Below are positions 54,791-64,000 of a stretch of 64,000 nt of DNA, one piece after another. The stretch covers positions 22,692,001 to 22,756,000 of the forward strand of contig OZ024757.1 in NCBI GenBank assembly GCA_964016885.1, written 5' to 3'. The notes beneath the pieces were generated by a model. The model saw only the letters and a list, made by a program, of their open reading frames with translations. It had not been told where the DNA came from and ran no database searches. The translations under genes and the position numbers were made by a program. Source of the stretch: Eledone cirrhosa. Its lineage: Eukaryota. Each line of letters starts with the position of its first letter. Within the stretch, counting starts at the first letter, position 1.

Positions 54791-54956
54791 GAAGAAGAAG
54801 AAGAAGAAGAAGAAGAAGAAGAAGAAGAAGAAGAAGAAGAAGAAGAAGAAGAAGAAGAAGAAGAAGAAGAAGAAGAAGAAGAAGAAGAAGAAGAAGAAGA
54901 AGAAGAAGAAGAAGAAGAAGAAGAAGAAGAAGAAGAAGAAGAAGAAGAAGAAGAAG

Positions 54957-55023
<67 letters not shown>
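54791..55023. repeat. Pure (GAA)~55 followed by (CAA)~22
   Basis: Directly visible. Confidence 0.97.
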
Positions 55024-55024
<1 letters not shown>

Positions 55025-55113
55025 GACAATGTGCATTTTGCTTCCATTAATCATGCATTCACAATGCATCTGTTTGAGTTTATGTAGGCATATATGTATA
55101 TATATATGTGTGG

Positions 55114-55153
<40 letters not shown>

Positions 55154-55180
55154 ATATATGTGTCTGCGTGTGTATGTATG

Positions 55181-55212
<32 letters not shown>

Positions 55213-55398
55213 AGTATTGTATGTATATATATATATATATATGTATATGTGTCTATATATTTGAGATGTTTATTTAGAATAAATATAAAAGTGTCTCACT
55301 ATGAATATTTCAAACTGTGATCATGTCATGGTATCTCAGGGGCCAGTGAGAATGTCAGACACATAGCTCTGGATTTCTATCCATCATCAGTAACATTT

Positions 55399-56150
55399 TC
55401 TGACTTGCTACTGAGTCAAGTATAAGCTATAACTTATATACTTTTTAAGTATGAAACATAAACACATATAGATGTAATATGATCACAGCTTCAAACATTT
55501 ATAGCAAGACTCGTGTATGTTTATTATACAAGATACAACATCATCATCTGACTTGCTTCTAAGTCAAGTATAAGCTATAACTTATATACTTTTTAAGTAT
55601 GAAACATAAACACATATAGATGTAATATGATCACAGCTTCAAACATTTATAGCAAGACTCGTGTATGTTTATTATACAAGATACATCATCATCATCTTCT
55701 GACTTGCTACTGAGTCAAGTATAAGCTATAACTTATATACTTTTTAAGTATGGAACATAAACACATATAGATGTAATATGATCACAGCTTCAAACATTTA
55801 TAGCAAGACTCGTGTATGTTTATTATACAAGATACATCATCATCATCATCTGACTTGCTACTGAGTCAAGTATAAGCTATAACTTATATACTTTTTAAGT
55901 ATGAAACATAAACACATATAGATGTAATATGATCGCAGCTTCAAACATTTATAGCAAGACTCATGTATGTTTATTATACAAGATACATCATCATCATCAT
56001 CTGACTTGCTACTGAGTCAAGTATAAGCTATAACTTATATACTTTTTAAGTATGAAACATAAACACATATAGATGTAATATGATCACAGCTTCAAACATT
56101 TATAGCAAGACTCCTGTATGTTTATTATACAAGATACATCATCATCATCT
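55399..56150. repeat. ~150-bp tandem repeat x5, each unit ending in (CAT)n
   Basis: tctgacttgct..tgagtcaagtataagc recurs at ~55399, 55547, 55698, 55849 and 56000. Confidence 0.92.
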
Positions 56151-56338
56151 TCCTTCGACTCCTCTGTGGGCAGTCGGAACTCTCTAGACAATCCCTTTCC
56201 ACACTGTTTGGTCCTGCATTGCTGTCCCCAGATCCCTTCATCTCATTTCTACAGCTGAGTAAACTGGAGCAATGTGAATTGAACTCACAACCTTTCGATT
56301 GCAAGCCCAATGTTCTAACCACTAAGCCATGTGCCTCC
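56136..56338 (-). mobile_element. SINE A head with alternative tail 2
   Basis: Family A head and central domain; the 3' part is gagttccgactgcccacagaggagtcgaaggaa(gat)n. Confidence 0.75.
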
Positions 56339-56349
56339 ATATATATATA

Positions 56350-56542
56350 TAACAAAGGAATTGTAGTAAGGAACCAGATGGACCATAACACACCAGAGTA
56401 CTCAATACTTAGGGTAGTAGAATGGGAAATAGGAAAAAGTATGACCCTGACGGCAGAGCTCAAACCGTTTCGAGGGCTATTTCTAGTCCAAAAATAGCCG
56501 TCGAAACGGCTTGAGCTCTGCTGTCGGGGTCATACTTTTTCC

Positions 56543-56545
<3 letters not shown>
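56350..56545. mobile_element. Penelope-like remnant with fold-back inverted repeat (56429-56545)
   Basis: Homolog of 118-262. The arms are ataggaaaaagtatgaccc.. / ..gggtcatactttttcctat; the intact GAAA-stem III-GUC half-hammerhead is in the right arm and a mutated copy is in the left. Confidence 0.7.
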
Positions 56546-56573
<28 letters not shown>

Positions 56574-57265
56574 ATATAGTTTAGGGATTGTAACATCAAG
56601 TTGCTGTAGGTTTACCAAAGTGAGCACTTGATGCGTAGTTTCCAGTAGGTATATTGTATGTGTGTGTCAGTGTGAGTGTATATATCCAGAAAATTTAAGA
56701 AACAAAAAAACAAGATATATTATAAAAAGAGTTTTAAAATGTTGGATGTTAGTCTTTCAACAGAAGATAGACTGAGGAGAGAGGGGGGGGGGATGATGGA
56801 AGAAATAGAAAGACAGAGAGAGAGAGAGAGGGGGGAGGAAGATAGGATGAGAGAGAGAGAGAGAGATGATAGGATGAGAGATAGAAGAGAGAGAGAGAGA
56901 GAGATGATAGGCAGGAGAGGGAGAGAGAGAGAGATGATAGGGGAGAGGGAGAATGTTCAGGAGTAAGAAGACAAAATAAAAAGATAGACAAGGTGAATGA
57001 AAAGGAGCCATATGACAACACTAGAAATATACTGTCCCCTTAAGGATACACTTTTGTCTTCATTGAAATGAAGCTTGCCTTACCTCAACAATTCCAATAT
57101 CGGAGGAAAAAACAAAAAAATTTAATTCTCTTCTTTGGTACCCCAGAAATTCGATACAACCAGTTGCAAATATAAAACAAACCAAAAAGATAGGAATGCA
57201 TTTTAAACCTTTTCTCTTTCTTCTACCTTCTTTAGAAAATATATGACTTCTTAAACTTGGGACCT

Positions 57266-57298
<33 letters not shown>

Positions 57299-57685
57299 AT
57301 ATATACACACACACACACTGACCAATCAAAATTGTTTTGACTACAAGAATTTTTGCAACACGAATTGGCACAAAATTTATAGTGCTTATTCACGTGACAT
57401 TCAACAACCAACCAAATCTTAATGCCTCCCAAGCCACTTTTTTCACATAAAACAGGAAGAATTTCCAAAACTGATCAGAGTGGAGCAAAAATCACGAGCA
57501 CTCTATCTGAAAATTATTTTTGAAAAGCATAAGAAATGCGCAACCGGTAAAAACTTAAAACTAAAACTAATTCCTAATTAAACTATTTTTCACTGGGAAA
57601 AATTTGTCAGCATTTTCTTTTCCTTTTACTAATATATCACAACTCGTCGTGTGTCACACCTCTATTTTTTAAAATATATATATAT

Positions 57686-57928
57686 AAATCACCTTGACCA
57701 ACCAGTCTGTCGGGCGCCAATCGGCGCCACTGGTCACAGCACATCGTGCTGTTTTAGCCATAAGATAACGCCATCCACTGGCTGGGTGGGCAGGTCGGTA
57801 CTCATTCCTACAGCTGAGTAAACTGGAGCAACGTGAAATAAAGTAACAACACATCACCCGGTCCAAGAATTGAACTCACAACCTTTCGATTGCAAGCCCA
57901 ATGCACTAACCACTAAGCCATGCGCCTT
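57686..57928 (-). mobile_element. SINE A head with alternative tail 3
   Basis: Family A head and central domain, then gagtaccgacctgcccacccagcc...gactggttggtcaaggtg. Confidence 0.75.
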
Positions 57929-57932
57929 CACG

Positions 57933-58500
<568 letters not shown>

Positions 58501-58805
58501 TAATAGAAAATGAAAACTCAGTGATGCATCTGAACTCAATTTATTGTGTGTTACAATTGTTTCGCCGGTGGACAGCTCGAGACGCGATCATTGTGTGGAT
58601 CTGTCTGATTCTGGACCCGCAGGTTCGACGGACACGTCTAATGATTTCGGAGCATATTCTCTGTGAGAATGTGTCCGTCGAACCTGCGGGTCCAGAATCA
58701 GACAGATCCACACAATGATCGCGTCTCAAGCTGTCCACCGGCGAAACAATTGTAACACACAATAAATTGAGTTCAGATGCATCACTGATTTTTCGTTTTC
58801 TATTA
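58501..58805. repeat. 135-bp near-perfect inverted repeat with 35-nt spacer (fold-back element)
   Basis: 58501-58635 is the reverse complement of 58671-58805 (about 3 mismatches). The arms contain GAAA-caattg-TA followed by AATAAA. Confidence 0.9.
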
Positions 58806-58948
58806 TATCATATCACACTCTGCTCTGTAAGAGTATAGAGTGCTCAACTGGCATACCGCCTATGGAAGCATCTTAGTTACCATCAGACACACATCATCAT
58901 CATCATTTTACGTCCACTTTTTCCCTGCTTGCAAGGGTAGGACGGGAA

Positions 58949-58988
<40 letters not shown>

Positions 58989-59074
58989 GGAGGTGAGTTT
59001 TATTGTAGTACAATAAAGCAATGCAGATATCGGATAAGAAGCACTCTACAGTTTGTAGGACTGGAGTATACATA

Positions 59075-59407
59075 ATATATAAGAACAAAAGATGGTTAAA
59101 GGAGTTCCATGTATTTTATTATGCGCATTTCAAAAACAAACATCATCATGCAATAATATTTGTGTTTTCATCAGATAAAACAGGAGGACATGATATGGAA
59201 GGCTAAAAAACACTTGTGGATAGTGCAGTTTTAAATCAACATATGTTGATTTAAAACTGCACTATCCACAAGTGTTTTTTAGCCTTCCATATCATGTCCT
59301 CCTGTTTTATCTGATGAACACACAAATATTATTGCATGATGATGTTTGTTTTTGAAATGCGCATAATAAAATACATGGAACTCCTTTAACCATCTTTTGT
59401 TCTTATA

Positions 59408-59410
<3 letters not shown>
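59075..59410. repeat. ~336-bp spacerless palindrome with a hammerhead in each arm (59114-59180 -, 59305-59371 +)
   Basis: The centre caacat|atgttg is at 59242/59243, with one visible mismatch. The plus arm reads ttttat-CTGATGA-..-GAAA-tgcgca-TA-ataaaa. Confidence 0.92.
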
Positions 59411-59472
<62 letters not shown>

Positions 59473-60264
59473 TAAATATATATATATATATATGTGTGTC
59501 TAGAAGAAGAAGAAGAAAAAGAAGAAGAAGAAGAAGAAGAAGAAAGAAGAAAGAAGAAGAAGAAGAAAGATAATATGTATAAGCAGCTATTCAAACATGC
59601 AACAGATGATTTATAGCTGGCAGTCTGTCTGTCTGTATGTCAGTCTGTCTCTAGATGACTAAGTTTCACTAGGTAAAGGAATGGAGGAAATTGTCAGATG
59701 GAACAAAACCACTTATATTAAACCCCTCCCACCCACTTCTCCCCTTCTTGTATCACCTTCCCCTTCTTATCTCCCTTCCCACTTCCTTCTCCATATCTCT
59801 GCCTGTATTTCTCTCTCTCTCTCTCTCTCTGTGACCCCCTTCTTTCTCATCTTTCTAACTTCAACACCATCTTCTTCATCCACTTATTCCAGGTAGGGTC
59901 ATGAAGCAGGGGGGGGGGGGGGTGAGAGTCCTCAAACATGCCTTTCAGCGGAGTTCTGTCAGAATCAACTGTCTCCAATTGATCCGACTGGTACCCCCCA
60001 AGTAAAACCAGCCAAACTCATGGATGTTATCTTGCTCTGGGTCTACCAATAGATCTCCTGCCAGTTGATTTGCTCAATCAATCTCTCCAGTTATTCTTTC
60101 CTGAGTCATTCTAACATCTATGTAAAAATATACATTGTAAATACAATTTAATAGAAAAAAGATAAAAAGAATTTAGATTGAGAAGAAAGAATGGAATGGA
60201 AAATAAGAAAATATTTTTTTTTAGAAACCCAGAAAAGGAAGGGAAAAGCAAGGGGTGTGTGGGG

Positions 60265-60508
60265 GGGTCTAGGGCCACAGAAGAATAGGCTCTGGGTCTA
60301 CGGCCACAGAATAAAAGGCTCTGGATCTAGGGCCACAGAAGAATAGGCTCTGGGTCTAGGGCGACAGAAGAATAGGCTCTGGGTCTAGGGCCACAGAAGA
60401 ATAGGCTCTGGGTCTAGGGCCACAGAAGAATAGGCTCTGGGTCTAGGGCCACAGAAGAATAGGCTCTTGGTCTAGGGCCACAGAAGAATAGGCTCTGGGT
60501 CTAGGGCA
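60265..60508. repeat. 29-bp minisatellite x ~8
   Basis: tctagggccacagaagaataggctctggg. Confidence 0.92.
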
Positions 60509-60850
60509 CAGTGGTAATGGGGCTGCACATCGCAGACAATGACCAGTGAAACCTGCTGCAACATCCACCCCAACTCGCGGGGCTCCTTCCTCAGATGGGC
60601 CACTGACATTCCGATCTTGCAGAGGAGCTTGGCAGTATGGGGGTCCAGGTACACCTGAGGTCTTGATGGTGACCGGTATGAAGAGGAAGTGGCCGGACAC
60701 TCCTCGGTATTTGTGTATCTTCCTTTCCTTTGCATGGCAGGCCGCAGTGTCAGGTTTTGTGGGCCGAAAGCTGTTTAATTTGATTCTTAAGGCTCTTTTT
60801 TTAATGCATTTCTGTCTATTTACACAAATTCCTGCACAATTTACGGCATA

Positions 60851-61400
60851 TGAGGGTAGACTTAAAAGTTCATAGGCTCACTATGAAGGAGTGATGCTAG
60901 AGCTGTGAAATCTTGCATGCATTAATTTCAACTCTTCTTATTAATATCTACATTATATCTACATTATATCTACACCCCTTTCAATGTAAAGTTATGTTGG
61001 TACCACAACATCCAGTCCGAAACAAATGAGGTCGTGTAGGTGTCACTACAAAAAAACACACAGTCCACGCTGTAATGTGGCCGTGTAGGTAACACGATAA
61101 AAACCTCCCAGTCCACACTGTAAACGTGGTTGGTGTTAGGAAGGGCATCCAGCCGTAGAAAACCCGCCAGACAGTCCTATGCGAGCAAGACAACCAATCT
61201 TGCCTCAAGTGGGAAAACTCCCATCTAAACCCATTGCAAGCGTGGAGTCCAAACCCATGCAAGCGTGGAACATGGACGTTAAACGATGATGATGATGATG
61301 ATGATTATATCTTTCCAGGAACTATGTTGAAAAGTAAACCTCATTTTGTTATTCCATGAGAGTATCTTGGTCAGCCAATGAACTTTTCAGCTAATCCTCG
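60851..61400. mobile_element. Mariner-type MITE interrupted by an RTE family C 3' UTR (60972-61303)
   Basis: TA-tgagggt ... atcctcg-TA termini; the insert is flanked by attatatct direct repeats. Confidence 0.82.
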
Positions 61401-61462
61401 TATATTCCAGCATAAATTCTTCTACATGTTTCTCTACAGACACTATGCAGATTATTCCACAG

Positions 61463-61911
61463 AATGGACCGAGACCTTTGGCGGTACTCAGTAATAGAGA
61501 AGACCCGCCTTACCTAAATACAAAGTAAAAACCTACTACAGTCAATAGGCATCTCTATCAAAACACACCCCCGTCCCACCACCTCCACCCCATCCACACC
61601 GCCCCTTTCAATGTAAAGTTATGTTGGTCCCACAACATCCAGGCCGAAACAAATGAGATCGTGTAGGTGTCACGACAAAAAAACACACAGTCCACGCTGT
61701 AAATGTGGCCGTGTAGGCAACACGGTAAAAACCTCCCAGCCCCACACTGTGAATGTGGTTGGTGTTAGGAAGGGCATCCAACTGTAGAAAACCTGCCAGA
61801 CAGTCCTATGCGAGCAAGACAACCACTCTTGCCTCAAGTGGGAAAACCCCCGTCCAAACCCATGCAAGCGTGGAACACGGACGCTAAACCTGATGATGAT
61901 GATGATGATGA
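61463..61911 (+). mobile_element. RTE family C 3' end
   Basis: Reverse complement of 34053-34497. Confidence 0.88.
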
Positions 61912-62896
61912 TTCTATGCAAATTCTTGCACAAATACCTGTTATCTTTCACATATTCTTACACAAATATCTGTACAATTTTCTGCATATAATTCTACATA
62001 AATTCTTTCACAATCTTCTGCACATATTCTTGTACAAATTGCTTCAAAAATTGCTGTATTTATTCCTAAAACATTTTGAGCTGGTTTGCAGCAGCCTCTT
62101 TAAGTCCAGTTCCATTTCAAGATATCAAACCTGATCTATGGATCTTTGAATCTCATACTAACACTACCTTTGTGGTTGTGTGTGTCTGTGTTCTTGTTTT
62201 CGTTTTGGGGTGTCTGCATGCATTTTTTTGTATGTGTGTGTGTAAGACTGTGTTTGTATCAGTGTGTGCAAATGCCTGCGCTTGTATCTGCATATATGTC
62301 CGTGTCTGTTTTCTTTTTGTGTGTATGTCTGTGTGTATGAATGCCTGTGTGTATGAATATCTGTGCGTCTGTGTGTGAATGCCTGTGTATGAATATCTGT
62401 GCGTCTGTGTGTGAATGCCTGTGTATGTATCTGTGTGTCTGTGTTTGTTTCTGTATGTCTGTGTGTGTGTGTATGCCTGTGTATGTATCTGTGCGTGTAT
62501 GTCAGTAAATGTATATGTAATGGTGTGGTGATAATGGTAGACAGTGACATCAAATTCCTGACACACTCATCATATATCAACTGCCAACGTCTGTAGCCAA
62601 ATCAATACCAAACAATCACCTGCAGTTATTTATTCTTAATATAGACTTTTTAAAATTTTAAATAAAGTCTTTTATAAAAGTTATATATGTATTTTATTTT
62701 TTTAAAAAACCAACAAACACAAAAACATTAGTAATGCCAAAAAATCTGACAAAAAAAACCCGATGAAATAACCTTTCTTTACCTTATTTGTAATGAAAAA
62801 CATTTAGGTGTATGGCCTAGTGGTTAGTGTCTTGGACTTATGATAATGTTGTGGGGGTCATGTCCTATGTGTTGTGTTCTGGAGCAAAACACTTCT

Positions 62897-63075
62897 TGGC
62901 AGTATTGGTAGAGGGTCGGACGCCATGCTTTGATGCACAGAGTTACGGCCCTTGCCATTCTGAGTTCAAATCCTGCCGAGGTTAACTTTGCCTTTCATCC
63001 TTACGGGATCGATAAAATAAAGTACCAGTAATGCACTGGTAATTGCTGGCCTTGTGCCAAAAGTAGAAACAATTA
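62897..63075 (+). mobile_element. SINE family B
   Basis: Same as the other copies; preceded by an old SINE head (62807-62896). Confidence 0.88.
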
Positions 63076-63124
63076 TATATATTTCAAGGGTACCAAAATT
63101 TTGGTACGTTCTCATCAGATAAAA
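63072..63124 (-). ncRNA. Type I hammerhead motif, stem I 3' strand truncated by the adjacent SINE
   Basis: Minus strand: ttttat-CTGATGA-gaacgtaccaaaattttggtaccctt-GAAA-tatata-TA-at, then the SINE. Confidence 0.65.
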
Positions 63125-63396
63125 TACAAAATTTGTTTTATAAACATTGACATACACAAGAAACCAGACCTTATCGATTCAGTTTGAATAGTGAAAGAAA
63201 AATTTCAAATCTTTAGGATGAATATGTAAATGTGGTTGAAATGTAAGGCAGAAAAAAAGGTTGTTATATTTAGACGCTAGGTAAATTTAAATAATTATTT
63301 AAATATCTCTTTGCTTATATATATATACATATATGTACTCATTTACTTATTCCAGCCATTGGTCTGAGACTATGCTGGGACACTGCTATTATTGCT

Positions 63397-63578
63397 TGGA
63401 AGTATCGGTAGAGGGTCAGATGCCATGCTTTCTAGCATAGTTATGTCCCTCTATGATCTGAGTTCAAATCCCGCCGAGGTTAACTTTGCCTTTCATCCTT
63501 ACGGGGTCGATAAAATAAAGTACCAGTAATGTACTGGGTAATTGCTGGCCTTGTGCCAAACAGTAGAAACAATTATTG
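63397..63578 (+). mobile_element. SINE family B
   Basis: Same as the other copies. Confidence 0.88.
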
Positions 63579-63602
63579 CTATATACATGTATGTATGTAT
63601 AT

Positions 63603-64000
63603 GTCAGGTAGCTAACGAGTGCTACTGGTAACATGTAACCCAGTACATCCTGTCTCATGGTCAGGTCGTCGGCAACCAAACCAGCAACCCCACCAAGCTG
63701 AGGAGGGTGATATTTGGTCACCCTGCAGGATGAAATGCAAGACCTGGCAAAGGGCGGAGGAACACAGCAGAGTCAACGGCTATCCAAATAGTACTTTTTT
63801 TTTTTTTCACCTGGGAGTGAAAGGCCCCCAGTTGTTGTCACAACACCTTTCTAGGAGAGGGAAACTCTGAAAAAATACCTGCAGCTTCAGAAGCACCCGA
63901 TGATGTTGACCAGTTCTCCTTTTCGGGTAGTATTTTCGATGCTCAGGGAGAGGGATTGGTCAAGTGCAAGGCCTTTCCCTACTTACGAAAACCATCAAAG
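63603..64000 (+). mobile_element. Non-coding repeat, probable RTE-type 5' UTR/non-autonomous element (runs off window)
   Basis: Homologous to 53352-53562, 23045-23388 and ~14822-15120; contains a ctaggagagggaaactctg motif recalled from RTE-group leaders. Confidence 0.55.

Noticed and set aside
60443-60875. Overlapping ORFs in a GC-richer patch
   Set aside because: No recognisable domain; likely a degenerate TE fragment.
63685-63712. Twister-like GAGGAGGGU ending
   Set aside because: The conserved twister GUCCCAAGCCC-type loop and the other pairing elements were not found.

Overview
This window is repeat-saturated, AT-rich eukaryotic non-coding DNA with no recognisable host gene, rRNA, true tRNA or CRISPR array. 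The tRNA-headed SINEs with RTE-type (TGA)n tails, the (TA)n microsatellite load and the RTE/Dong fragments suggest an octopod cephalopod genome; this is inferred from recalled family similarity, not from a search. Almost all listed ORFs are microsatellite translations. The real coding remnants are a Dong/R4-type non-LTR 3' end, several RTE LINE pieces (one with a clean 5' inversion) and a DD37D (maT) Tc1/mariner transposase C-terminus. Also present are a non-autonomous Helitron, piggyBac-, hAT- and mariner-type MITEs, two main SINE families and several minisatellites. Three things stand out. (1) About ten complete and about five partial or degenerate type I hammerhead ribozyme motifs occur, from several unrelated sequence families, mostly in short elements at (TA)n tracts and several as fold-back palindromes, as expected of Penelope-like pLTR or retrozyme remnants. 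(2) An ~8.3 kb tandem array is built solely from a retroposon 3'-terminal stem-loop plus its (TGA)n tail. (3) One SINE head carries three different tails. All structures were read by eye, so coordinates may be off by a few bases.
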